Origin: an uncultured bacterium
GTDB lineage: Bacteria > T1Sed10-126
Direction: 5' to 3'
NCBI GenBank assembly: GCA_964631325.1
Contig: CAZVWJ010000002.1
Span: 5,848 to 69,847, forward strand
Length of the DNA: 64,000 bases
In this document: positions 1 to 8,849 of the stretch, in pieces
Position numbering within the stretch: position 1 is the first letter of the stretch
Layout of the letters: every line of letters starts with the position of its first letter
Notes under the pieces: model-generated
Seen by the model: only the letters and a program-made list of their open reading frames with translations
Database searches by the model: none
What the model was told of the DNA's origin: nothing
Position numbers and translations under genes: made by a program

Positions 1-887
1 GTTTCCAGATCTATGTCATCCTGACTTAACAGCCGCAAAACAACGCTTTCTCCAAAAACAGTCGGTAGAGTACTAACCCGAAAGTCAAGGGTCCGCCCCG
101 CAAGCTGAAGCCGGATGCGGCCGTCCTGAGGTAACCGGCGCTCGGCAATATCAAGGTCAGCCATGACTTTTATCCTGGAAATTACAGCATCCTGTAATTC
201 TTTTGGGGGGGGATTAAGTTCCTGGAGGACCCCGTCCAGCCGGATCCTGACGACAAATTTATGTTCAAACGGTTCAAGATGAATATCGCTTGCCCGGTTT
301 TTAATCGCTTCCAGCAGAATCATATTAACCAGTTTGATTACCGGCGTCTCATTGACCTGTTCTTCCAGGTCTTCCCCCATATCCGCACTCTGATCAGAAA
401 CCAGGTCCACGTCATCTTCGGTCATTTCATCAATTACCCCGGAGATTTCGTCAGCGGAACCGTAAATATCCTCGAGGGAAGACTCAATGTCTTCTTCGGC
501 CGCAATCACCGCCTCCACTTCTTTCCCCACCATCATTTTAATTTCATCCATGGAAGCAATATCCAGGGGATCTGCAACCGCAATAACAACTTGGTCCTCA
601 AGTTCTTCAATTGGAATTAGCTGTCGGGACCGGGCCACGTCTTCGGGAATAACTTCTTTTAAATCTTCAGTCAGATTATAATCGGAAAGACGAACATAAG
701 GGATGTTAAGCTGAGTAGAGAGAGCAGCAGCTAACTCAATTCCCTCGATATAACCGAGGTCTTTTAATGCTTCCCCCACCTTCTGACCGGTTTCTTCCTG
801 GTGCTCGAGAGCTTCCTCAAGTTGCTCTTCCGTAATAATATCAGCAGAAACTAAAATATCGCCCAGCTTTTGCTTTTGAATTGCCAC
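1..887 (-). CDS. Type II secretion / type IV pilus assembly ATPase (GspE/PilB family), N-terminal part; gene continues past window start
   Basis: Reverse-strand translation gives a T2SS-E N-terminal domain (VAIQKQKLGDILVSADIITEEQLEEALEHQ...) followed by the N2 domain motif ETPVIKLVNMILLEAIKNRASDIHLEPFEHKFVVRIRLDGVL. Probable GTG start at 887 with AGGAGG 10 nt upstream. The supplied plus-strand ORFs here are low-complexity antisense artefacts. Confidence 0.75.
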   Translation of the reverse strand, partial: MAIQKQKLGDILVSADIITEEQLEEALEHQEETGQKVGEALKDLGYIEGIELAAALSTQLNIPYVRLSDYNLTEDLKEVIPEDVARSRQLIPIEELEDQVVIAVADPLDIASMDEIKMMVGKEVEAVIAAEEDIESSLEDIYGSADEISGVIDEMTEDDVDLVSDQSADMGEDLEEQVNETPVIKLVNMILLEAIKNRASDIHLEPFEHKFVVRIRLDGVLQELNPPPKELQDAVISRIKVMADLDIAERRLPQDGRIRLQLAGRTLDFRVSTLPTVFGESVVLRLLSQDDIDLE

Positions 888-994
888 CAGGGAAAAACCT
901 CCTGGACCAACAATTACTATCGGAGTGGGGGTAGTTTTAATGAACTGAATTCATTGGGGATTATACTTTATCTACAGAACCAACCAGCATATTA

Positions 995-1024
995 ATTGTA
1001 GGCGATATCACCGGTAAATGTCAA
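995..1024 (-). promoter_or_regulatory. Candidate sigma-70 promoter for the pilB/gspE-like gene (TTGACA-N18-TACAAT on minus strand)
   Basis: Reverse complement of 995-1024 reads TTGACAtttaccggtgatatcgccTACAAT, about 100 nt upstream of the proposed GTG start. Confidence 0.35.
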
Positions 1025-1134
1025 TAAATACGAAAAATATATTTTTTCGCGAAAAAATTTAGTGAGTTCACTGCAAAAAACTTATTATGTCATTTCAACG
1101 AAAACCGGGAGCCAGAGGATGGCCTTAAAACAAT

Positions 1135-1195
1135 TGATTTAACGCGTACTCGTTACAGGCCTTCCCCCATCAAAGAGGAAGAGTTTCTATAGCGA
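1135..1195. repeat. Degenerate partial copy of the intergenic structured repeat family (gcgtactcgtta ... cttcccccatcaaagaggaag)
   Basis: Shares GCGTACTCGTTA and the C5-ATCA-purine hairpin tail with the copies at 8660-8830, 11210-11360 and 16535-16715, but lacks the GCTTGCCCTGCGCATGGACAGGG core. Confidence 0.35.
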
Positions 1196-1200
1196 GCTCA

Positions 1201-1244
1201 TTAATACTCTAATACTTGAAAAATTTTTCAAGTATTAGAGTATT
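1201..1244. repeat. Perfect 44-bp AT-rich palindrome (two 22-nt arms: TAATACTCTAATACTTGAAAAA / TTTTTCAAGTATTAGAGTATTA)
   Basis: Read directly in the sequence. Both arms are exact reverse complements with no spacer. It lies in the 600-bp AT-rich spacer between the GT4 genes and the pilB/gspE-like gene. Confidence 0.7.
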
Positions 1245-1513
1245 AGCCAAAATTATGCACGAAAATCTAAAATTTTGTACATACGATACAGCACTAAAGA
1301 CTGTATGAGCAAATAAATCAAATTGTAATATTGGACCGGAAAATTACAGTTGTTTTAAATATATATATTCGCTCTTGAGTGCTGGGTTAACCCAGACTAC
1401 AATCGAATATATTTATTGTGAAGCTTCACCGTTAAAGTGTCGTTAAGAACCCTTGGCCAGCGACAAACACCAAATATGGTGCCTCGATTGAAGGCTGTCG
1501 TGAAGTATCCGGA

Positions 1514-2659
1514 TTAGTAATTACAATTTTGCAAAACCCGGGCCAGTTTCTTACCTATTTTAGTCCAGCAATATTCATCTGCAACAACCGACCAGTTTTT
1601 CTCCCGTAGTTCAGCGAGAGAATCTCCGGCATCCAGAATTTCTTGAATACTCCGGTCCAATTTATCGATAGAATCCACAGCTTTAACGTCAACCCCGGTC
1701 AGACCGGAAACTGCTTTTACAGTTCCCACTACAGGGACAGCCCGTGCGGCGGCTTCAAGAATTTTCAACCGGGTGCCGGAACCTACTTTAAGGGGAACAA
1801 CCAGAAGATCAATATTAGCAAAAAATTCAGCACTACTGGGAACACGTCCAGGACAGTGAACTCCAGGTTTATCAGACCAACTCGCGGGCGGAGAATCGCC
1901 GGCTAAATAAAGCTGAAGAAAATCGTATTTTTGCTTTAAATCCGGCCAGACCAGACGTAAAAATTTATCCATCCCGGTGCGGTTGGGGCGCCATTTATAA
2001 CTACCGATAAAACCCAGGGTAGTCAGTTTATCCCCCACCTTATTCAACCTTTTTTCACCATCGTTCAGCCAATTATTCGGAACTCCATTGGGTATCACTG
2101 AAGTTTTTTTCCGCAGTTTATCCGGAAGCTTGTTGAGCTGAACTTCAGCCGGAATGCCAGTACCCCGGCTATGGGAAATAGCTTCCAGTTCGTATTTTTT
2201 AATTCGCCGGGCTTCCCAACCAAGCATAGTAGCAATTAGTCCGGGGCGAGACCGTGAATATTCTGACCAGAGGACGTATTCCAGGTTATGCTCATCCAGC
2301 CAGTAAGGACGCTTAAAAGCAGGAAAAAGATTGGCTGTCATGTGGAGGTGGTCCACGTAAAACAGGCTTGACTCAGAGCAGCCGGATAATAGATTAGGAC
2401 GGCGATAACGGCCATAACTCAACGGAAGTCCCTGAAGGCGGTTGACCAGTGTTCGCAAATAATTAAGCCAGCGGGAAGATTCGACGATTTTTACAGAATC
2501 AAAAAATTGCTCGCATTCATCCCCGTGAGAAGCGAGAAAAATTCCTTCCAGATCAAATCCCTGCCGTTTTAAATTTTTCATTAAATAATATGAGCGAAGC
2601 TCTGCTCCGGATTCACCGGGAACTGGTTTGTAGGGTCCCACCCAGGTAATTTTCATCAC
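1514..2659 (-). CDS. Glycosyltransferase family 1 (GT4-like)
   Basis: 381-aa ORF. The C-terminal half has the GT-B retaining motif region (GFIGSYKWRPNRTG... VVPLKVGSGTRLKILEAAARAVPVVGT). Its ATGA start overlaps the stop of the upstream GT gene. Confidence 0.8.
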   Translation of the reverse strand: MMKITWVGPYKPVPGESGAELRSYYLMKNLKRQGFDLEGIFLASHGDECEQFFDSVKIVESSRWLNYLRTLVNRLQGLPLSYGRYRRPNLLSGCSESSLFYVDHLHMTANLFPAFKRPYWLDEHNLEYVLWSEYSRSRPGLIATMLGWEARRIKKYELEAISHSRGTGIPAEVQLNKLPDKLRKKTSVIPNGVPNNWLNDGEKRLNKVGDKLTTLGFIGSYKWRPNRTGMDKFLRLVWPDLKQKYDFLQLYLAGDSPPASWSDKPGVHCPGRVPSSAEFFANIDLLVVPLKVGSGTRLKILEAAARAVPVVGTVKAVSGLTGVDVKAVDSIDKLDRSIQEILDAGDSLAELREKNWSVVADEYCWTKIGKKLARVLQNCNY

Positions 2660-3768
2660 ATACCACCCGTGGCGATTGAATTCAAATATTTTTTAGCCGA
2701 GCGGCTCCAGGTAAATTTTCGGGCGCGGCGCAATCCCCGGGTGATTTTAATTCTCCTTTCTCGTTCATTGTTCAGAGCGCGTTCAAAGATACCGGGCCAC
2801 TTCTCAGGTTTATATAGCGGAAGATAAAAGGCCGCACTGCCGGCTACTTCGTGAAAAACAGGAATATCGGAAGCGAGGACCGGAGTTTTCCGGGAAAACG
2901 CCTCAAGCAGGGGCATTCCAAATCCTTCTTCCCGAGAGGGGAAGACCAGCAGCCGGGCCAGCCGGTAAAGCTGTAGCAACGTCTGATCATTAACATCGGG
3001 ATACCAGTAGAGTCCTCGCCGGGGCTGATTAAAAAAATCCGGATCGACATCTCCCCAGCCATATTTACCGGCGAGGACAAAATTGTACCGATTGTTTATT
3101 TGCGGATTATCAAGATACCACTTAATTAACTTTACCACATTTTTTCGGGGGGAAATAGTTCCAACGAAGAGGAAATAAGGAGCAAGAGACTCAATGTTGG
3201 AATCAGTTCCTGTTGATTTTGGCGACCTGAAAAGTTGACGCATCCCCGGATAAAGCGGCGGACCTAATTTACCGGAGAGACCGGGAAATTTTTTAATTAA
3301 TTCATCGCGGGTATAATAACTACAGGTAAAAATACGATCCGCCTGGTGGAAAGCGCGACGGTAAAGGCCCCACCAGTAAATTTTTTGTTTAAAAGAAAGG
3401 CCGGAATAATCTCTTAAAAAACATAAATCATAGACCAGCAAGTCCACGGGAACCGGGGCAAAAGCAGGCCCCAGGTAAGCGGGAACCAGCAAACGTTTAC
3501 AATCGTCAGGAAGCTGGTAGGGAAGAGAAAACTGTTCCGTTAATACCCGGGAACCGAAAGGTTCAGCCAGAGCCAGACAGCGATTATTTTGACAGAGTTC
3601 CGGGGGCAAATTATTTTTATTTCCAGAATAAAGAAGAGTTAAGTACACATCCGAAGAACGGGAAAGAGCACAAACAAAATTAACGATATAATACTGGTAA
3701 CCCGCCCATTTTTCAGCTAAACAGGTAAGATCGACAGCAAGTTCAGAACCTCGCTTAATCGAAATCAA
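2656..3768 (-). CDS. Glycosyltransferase family 1 (GT4-like)
   Basis: 370-aa ORF with FLFVGTISPRKNV...VFPSREEGFGMPLLEAFSRKTPVLASDIPVFHEV, the EX7E-type GT4 signature. Confidence 0.8.
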   Translation of the reverse strand: MISIKRGSELAVDLTCLAEKWAGYQYYIVNFVCALSRSSDVYLTLLYSGNKNNLPPELCQNNRCLALAEPFGSRVLTEQFSLPYQLPDDCKRLLVPAYLGPAFAPVPVDLLVYDLCFLRDYSGLSFKQKIYWWGLYRRAFHQADRIFTCSYYTRDELIKKFPGLSGKLGPPLYPGMRQLFRSPKSTGTDSNIESLAPYFLFVGTISPRKNVVKLIKWYLDNPQINNRYNFVLAGKYGWGDVDPDFFNQPRRGLYWYPDVNDQTLLQLYRLARLLVFPSREEGFGMPLLEAFSRKTPVLASDIPVFHEVAGSAAFYLPLYKPEKWPGIFERALNNERERRIKITRGLRRARKFTWSRSAKKYLNSIATGGM

Positions 3769-3825
3769 CCCCGGATTGTAATTGGTTAATATATGTAAAT
3801 CACAAATGATTTTGAGTCAAGGTAC

Positions 3826-3866
3826 AAAAAAAACGCCGGCCCCGGTTTTCCGGAGCCGGCTTTTGG
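3826..3866 (-). terminator. Rho-independent (bidirectional) terminator downstream of the hydantoinase gene
   Basis: AAAAAAAA-cGCCGGCCCCGG-tttt-CCGGAGCCGGC-TTTTgg: a GC-rich 11-bp stem (one mismatch) flanked by an A-run and a T-run, about 85 nt past the stop at 3949. Confidence 0.55.
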
Positions 3867-3948
3867 TGGGGAAGGGCTTTTATTTATCAATTACTATTGT
3901 AGCGAGGCCAAAATAAGATGTCAAGAATTTTTTGAACTCAAGCTTCAA

Positions 3949-5355
3949 TCAATAGGCCGGGCGACCATTAGGTTTGCGGGGAATAAGCTCCCCGTGCCCT
4001 TCAATATCCTCTTGCACCTTCCCTTCAGCCACCAGAGATTTCCCGCGGCAGAACGTATATTCCGGAAAACCAAAAAGTTCCCAACCGGTGTAGGGGGACC
4101 AATCACAGTCAGTTACCAGTTTTTCCGGCTCAATTTTTATACTTTTATCCGGATCAACGACAATTAAATCCGCGTCCGAACCAACATTCAGAGAACCCTT
4201 ACGGGGATAGAGCCCATGAATTCGGGCCGGATTAGTGCTTACCTTTCGAACGACCTTATTGAGATTCCAGTTTCGCTTCCGGTAGCCGTAGGTATACAAC
4301 AGGGGGAACAGAGTCTCAGTCCCGGGTAATCCGCGGGGTATTTCCCTGAAATCTCCGTCCCAGAGATTTTTTTGTTTCCGGTTAAAGGTACAATTATCAG
4401 TAGCTACCACGTCAATGTTATTTTCTTCAAGATGTCGCCAGAGAGCCTCATTGTCCCGGGAAGTTTTTACCTGGGGGGAAGAAGCATACAGATGGCCCCC
4501 CCTCTCTTTTAACTTTTCCTCGGTTAAAGTCAAAAACTGTGGACAGGTTTCCACAAACACGTTCACTCCCCTTTCACGGGCCCGGGCCAGGGCAGTCGCT
4601 CCCTGCCGGGTAGTCAGATGCACCACATACAGGCGACCATCCACGTAGTCACAGATTTCAGCCGCCCGACGAACTGCACTGGCTTCCACAATATTGGGGC
4701 GGGCCCGGGCCAGGTCATAAGCTCCCTCATTAGCCCCATCCCGGGCTACTTTGTCGGTGAAATGACCGAGTAACTCGTCATTTTCACAATGAACACTTAT
4801 GGTTGCTCCAATTTCAGCCGCTTTTTTCATCCCTTCGAGAAGGGCCGGTTCCCCGGCCTGCCATCCTTCCTCAGAATAGATCATAAACATCTTAATTGTT
4901 GGAAAACCGGCTTCAACCAGTTCCTCCAGCTCTTCAAGGAGTTCAGGACGCCAGTGATAAACCGTGGCATGGAGACTGTAATCAATTGGGGAAAGGCCTT
5001 TGATCTGATTATTAATTTTTTGATTGATTCCGGCCAGTAAACTGCCCCCCTCCTCCTGTTCACCAAAATCGATAACCGTGGTTACACCACCGTGAGCGGC
5101 TGCTTTAGCCCCGGTCCGATAATCATCGCGAGAAGTGGTACCAAGGAGGGGGAGTTCCAGATTATAATGAACGTGGGCGTCAATTACAGCCGGCAAAACC
5201 TGTTTTCCCCGGGCATCAATTTCCCGGATAGCGGGGGAATCAAGATTTTTCTCTATAGCAACAATCTCTCCACCTTCAATTCCAATGTCCGCCGTGTAGA
5301 CCTCGTATCCGGTATAAACCTCTCCTCCACGAATTATTTTCTCAAAGGTCATCAA
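3949..5355 (-). CDS. Cyclic amidohydrolase, dihydropyrimidinase / D-hydantoinase family
   Basis: 468 aa. HxH metal motif (VIDAHVHY), carboxylated-lysine motif (TIKMFMIYS), SVHCENDE and the C-terminal beta-sandwich typical of DHPase/hydantoinase. Confidence 0.8.
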   Translation of the reverse strand: MMTFEKIIRGGEVYTGYEVYTADIGIEGGEIVAIEKNLDSPAIREIDARGKQVLPAVIDAHVHYNLELPLLGTTSRDDYRTGAKAAAHGGVTTVIDFGEQEEGGSLLAGINQKINNQIKGLSPIDYSLHATVYHWRPELLEELEELVEAGFPTIKMFMIYSEEGWQAGEPALLEGMKKAAEIGATISVHCENDELLGHFTDKVARDGANEGAYDLARARPNIVEASAVRRAAEICDYVDGRLYVVHLTTRQGATALARARERGVNVFVETCPQFLTLTEEKLKERGGHLYASSPQVKTSRDNEALWRHLEENNIDVVATDNCTFNRKQKNLWDGDFREIPRGLPGTETLFPLLYTYGYRKRNWNLNKVVRKVSTNPARIHGLYPRKGSLNVGSDADLIVVDPDKSIKIEPEKLVTDCDWSPYTGWELFGFPEYTFCRGKSLVAEGKVQEDIEGHGELIPRKPNGRPAY

Positions 5356-5362
5356 AGATCAC

Positions 5363-6724
5363 TCATTCTTCAATTTGATATTTATCGCGCTTGCTGCGGA
5401 GAGTTTTTCTTGTTATTCCAAGAGCTTCAGCAGATTTTGTAATATTACCGTCATATTCTCGAAGCGTTTTTTTAATCAACTTTTTTTCGGCTTTATCCAG
5501 GGACATCCCTGCATAAATGCTTTCACCTTTTCCACCATTTGACTCCCTCGTTTCCCTAAACAAATCAAAATCCCGGGGCTGTAATTCTTTATTTTCAGTT
5601 ACCACGGCCGCGCTTTCAAGAGCATTACGCAGTTCCCGAACGTTGCCGGGCCATTCATGAGCCATTAATAAATCGAGGGCAGAATTACTAACTCCTTCTA
5701 TCTCTTTTTCTACTTTCTTACTAATTTCCTTGAGAAAATAATCACAAAAAACAGGAATATCTTCTTTTCGTTTCCGCAGAGGTGGTATATTAATTTCAAA
5801 TACGTTAATCCGATAATACAGGTCCTCGCGAAATTTATCCTCTTCCACCAGGGATTTTATATCAGAGCTGGTTGCTGAAATCAATCGAAAATCCAGTTGA
5901 CGCGCCTTTTCTCCGCCTACGGGGATGACCTGTTGGTCCTGAAGAACCCGCAGAACTTTAGCCTGCATTTCAAAGGGCATAGCCCCAATTTCATCGAGAA
6001 ACAAAGTCCCCCCGTCCGCCAGTTCTATTTTCCCTTTTTTGTCCTCTTCGGCGCCAGTAAAAGCCCCTTTTTTATGGCCAAAAAGTTCGCTTTCCAATAA
6101 TTCAGAAGGAATGGCGGCGCAATTAACAGCAACAAAAGGTTGTTCACGCCGGGGTCCTTTGTAGTGGATTGTATTAGCAACGACTTCTTTTCCGGTTCCA
6201 CTTTCTCCCTGGATTAAAACCTGAGTTTTTGTATCTTCTACTTTTTTAATTCTGTCCTTCACCCGCTGCATAGCTTCACTTTCCCCGAGCAGGGGAGTAT
6301 GTCTAAAATTACCGCTCAAAAATGAATGTAGTTGTTGAACCTCCTCTTTCAATTCCCTGTTTTCCAGATTCTTCTCAATATGGACTTTAATTTCCTCGAG
6401 ATCAAAAGGTTTAACAATATAATCGTCAGCCCCCAGCTTAATTGCTTTTACAGCCGAGGAAACTTCCTGGTTAGCAGTAATCATAATAACAACAATTTCC
6501 GGAAATTGTTCCTGAACTTCCCGAAGTATTTCCATCCCTCCCTTACCTGGCAAACGGAGGTCAAGCAAGAGCACTTCGGGGGGCTTATCTTCAAGCGCTT
6601 CCATCCCTTCTTCCCCGTCCTGAAAAGTGACTACTTCATAGCTATCCCGAAGTGCTTCAGAAAGCAGTTGACAAATGCTGGGGTCGTCATCAATAACATA
6701 AACGGTAATTTCGTCACTCAACAA
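5363..6724 (-). CDS. Sigma-54-dependent response regulator (NtrC/AtoC family: REC + AAA+ + HTH)
   Basis: Receiver domain (VYVIDDDPSICQLL...LLDLRLPG), Walker A (GESGTGKEVVA), GAFTGA sigma-54 contact motif and C-terminal Fis-type HTH. Confidence 0.85.
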   Translation of the reverse strand: MLSDEITVYVIDDDPSICQLLSEALRDSYEVVTFQDGEEGMEALEDKPPEVLLLDLRLPGKGGMEILREVQEQFPEIVVIMITANQEVSSAVKAIKLGADDYIVKPFDLEEIKVHIEKNLENRELKEEVQQLHSFLSGNFRHTPLLGESEAMQRVKDRIKKVEDTKTQVLIQGESGTGKEVVANTIHYKGPRREQPFVAVNCAAIPSELLESELFGHKKGAFTGAEEDKKGKIELADGGTLFLDEIGAMPFEMQAKVLRVLQDQQVIPVGGEKARQLDFRLISATSSDIKSLVEEDKFREDLYYRINVFEINIPPLRKRKEDIPVFCDYFLKEISKKVEKEIEGVSNSALDLLMAHEWPGNVRELRNALESAAVVTENKELQPRDFDLFRETRESNGGKGESIYAGMSLDKAEKKLIKKTLREYDGNITKSAEALGITRKTLRSKRDKYQIEE

Positions 6725-6747
6725 TTTTCACCTAAAAACAGTGGAGG

Positions 6748-8616
6748 TCAGGTAACAACTTCTTCTTCTGACGGAAATGTTAAGCTTACTTCTGTTCCTG
6801 TCCCGGGAGCAGATTCAACTTCTATTTCCCCGGCATGTTCTTCTACTATTCTATGGGTTATAGCCATCCCAAGTCCAGAACCTTCTTCTTTAGTGGTGAA
6901 AAAAGGATTGAATAGCTTAGAACGGACTTCTTCCGGCATCCCGTCGCCGTCGTCGATAACTTTTATCTGCACAAAGCCATCTCCGATTTGTTCTGCATTA
7001 ATTTCTATATTACCACCCTTTTCAACGGCATCAATGGCATTCAGGAGAAGATTCAAAAAAACTTGCTTAAGTTTGGCTTCATCCCCGTAAATGACTAATT
7101 CTTCGGAATAATTCTGAGCCAGGGTGATTTCTTTTTTCTCCAGTTTCTTATCAATCAGCACTACCAGATCATCAATGATCGGCTGAAGTTTTACTACTTC
7201 TCGTGCTTCAACCTGGGGCCGGCCAAAGGAGAGTAAATTTTCTACCAGGGAATTAAGCCGTTCCGATTCTTTCTGAACCACTCCCGCCATTCGCTCTAAA
7301 AATTCTTCATCGTCAATTTTCCGGGGAACCATCTGGGCAAAACCATTAATGGAAGTAAGGGGGGTTTTAATTTCGTGAGCGAGACTTGAGGCCAGCTCCC
7401 CCAGGGCCGTCAACCGCTCAGTCCGGTTAATCTGCCGGTTAAGTAACCGCTGCTCCGTCACGTCGGTAAGAACCATTAAAGCTCCGGCGACCTCCCCCTC
7501 AACATTTCGGACCGAAGATCGAATCACAGAAATAACGGTGGGATGTGCACCTTTACTTTGATCCAATTCAACATCCGTAGGACCGGTCAAATCGCTATGT
7601 CTTGATTCCCGGACTATTTCTTCTAGCTGATCTGAGTTTAAATTATCCCGAATATGATCGTGGAATTCTGAAAGTTCAAGAGAATCTGATTGCAGAGAAA
7701 GTAATTCCCGGGCAACGGGATTCAACACTACTTCATCCGAATCAAGGCGAACATTTACAACTCCTACCGGTAGTTCTAACAACAATTCTTCTACGTATTC
7801 GGTCAAATTCGCAAAGTCCTGAGCAATAGAGTAGACACCGGCAAGGTTATCACAAAAGTTGGAAAGTTTATTTAACTGTTCCTGCGTGTAATAATCTTTT
7901 GCCTCGGAAGAGATATTAACAGTCCCAAAAACCTGTTCTTCCAGTCGAAAGGGAACGGAAATAAAGCTTCTAAACCCCCGGGCGGCCCGCTCACCCTCCC
8001 CCTCCTTGGGAAGGTCATTAATCAACACTCCCTTTCCCTCATTTAAAACCGACTGGATCAGGGGATCCTCCCCAATTTCAAGAGTAATTTTCTCCATATC
8101 GGAAGGAACAGCAGCCCGCAAGCGGAGTTCTTGCTCGTTTTCCTGCCAGAAAAGGCGGCAAGCATCGCAGTCAAAAATGTCATAAATAATTCCAACAAAG
8201 GACTGGAGAATACTATCCAGCCCGCGGGAGGTCTGAAGTTCTTCGGGGTTTAAACTAATTGACTCCTCAAGCTCGTACATTTCGTGGCGGGGAAAACTCA
8301 AGCCAAAACGTTTGCCGGAAGACTGCAACAAATCGACGTAACGATCCAGGAACCAGGAGAGAAATCCCCGGTAGGCTTCCGAAGTTTTCCCGGCTTTCCG
8401 GGCCGGTACAAACAGCCTCAATTCAATTTCCTCTTTGGACTGCGTAAAGGTCTGAAACTCCCCCTCCGGGGATATTTCCGATTCTTCTCCCGCACCCAGA
8501 TACAGATTCCAATCCGCCAGATCACTTTTTACCCTTGATAGAAACTCGTCGGGAGAATCTAAGTCACGCCATTCCGGAAGTTTTTTCCACATCTTAACTA
8601 TCTCAGGCGTTGGCAT
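6748..8616 (-). CDS. Sensor histidine kinase with PAS/GAF sensory region
   Basis: H-box (LAHEIKTPLTSINGFAQMV) and HATPase_c G-boxes (DDGDGMPEE, GSGLGMAITHRIVEEHAG). Start trimmed to the ATG at 8616 (MPTPEIVKMWKK) because it has a GGGAGGA RBS 6 nt upstream. The longer ORF start at 8697 runs into the intergenic repeat. Confidence 0.8.
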   Translation of the reverse strand: MPTPEIVKMWKKLPEWRDLDSPDEFLSRVKSDLADWNLYLGAGEESEISPEGEFQTFTQSKEEIELRLFVPARKAGKTSEAYRGFLSWFLDRYVDLLQSSGKRFGLSFPRHEMYELEESISLNPEELQTSRGLDSILQSFVGIIYDIFDCDACRLFWQENEQELRLRAAVPSDMEKITLEIGEDPLIQSVLNEGKGVLINDLPKEGEGERAARGFRSFISVPFRLEEQVFGTVNISSEAKDYYTQEQLNKLSNFCDNLAGVYSIAQDFANLTEYVEELLLELPVGVVNVRLDSDEVVLNPVARELLSLQSDSLELSEFHDHIRDNLNSDQLEEIVRESRHSDLTGPTDVELDQSKGAHPTVISVIRSSVRNVEGEVAGALMVLTDVTEQRLLNRQINRTERLTALGELASSLAHEIKTPLTSINGFAQMVPRKIDDEEFLERMAGVVQKESERLNSLVENLLSFGRPQVEAREVVKLQPIIDDLVVLIDKKLEKKEITLAQNYSEELVIYGDEAKLKQVFLNLLLNAIDAVEKGGNIEINAEQIGDGFVQIKVIDDGDGMPEEVRSKLFNPFFTTKEEGSGLGMAITHRIVEEHAGEIEVESAPGTGTEVSLTFPSEEEVVT

Positions 8617-8659
8617 TACAAATCCTCCCAAAAACGTCTCCTCTTTCCTGGCGGGCGAG

Positions 8660-8830
8660 GTCCTGACCTGTGCATAGACAGAGCTTGCTCTGCGCATGGA
8701 CAGGGGTTGTGGCGCGTACTCGTTATTAGAGTGAGGGGGATAAAACAGAAAGGACGTCGTAATTAACTTTATGACGTCATTTCACCCCCACCTTAATCCT
8801 CCCCCATCAAGGGGGAGGAGATTTTAGACC
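8660..8830. repeat. Intergenic structured repeat, copy B (core GCTTGCTCTGCGCATGGACAGGG ... GGCGCGTACTCGTTATTAGAGTGA ... CACCCCCA ... CTCCCCCATCAAGGGGGAG hairpin)
   Basis: Shares a conserved 5' core, middle box and 3' G5/C5 hairpin with the copies at 11210-11360 and 16535-16715. It sits between the ahcY stop and the histidine kinase start. Confidence 0.6.
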
Positions 8831-8849
8831 CTTTTTGGATGGAGTCTAA

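Noticed and set aside
261-681. Plus-strand ORFs 261..620 and 487..681
   Set aside because: Low-complexity translations that are antisense to a well-conserved GspE/PilB N-terminal domain on the minus strand. They are artefacts of an open antisense frame.
6332-7090. 252-aa plus-strand ORF
   Set aside because: Antisense to the sigma-54 regulator and histidine kinase genes. Ser/Asn-rich low-complexity product with no RBS or promoter context.
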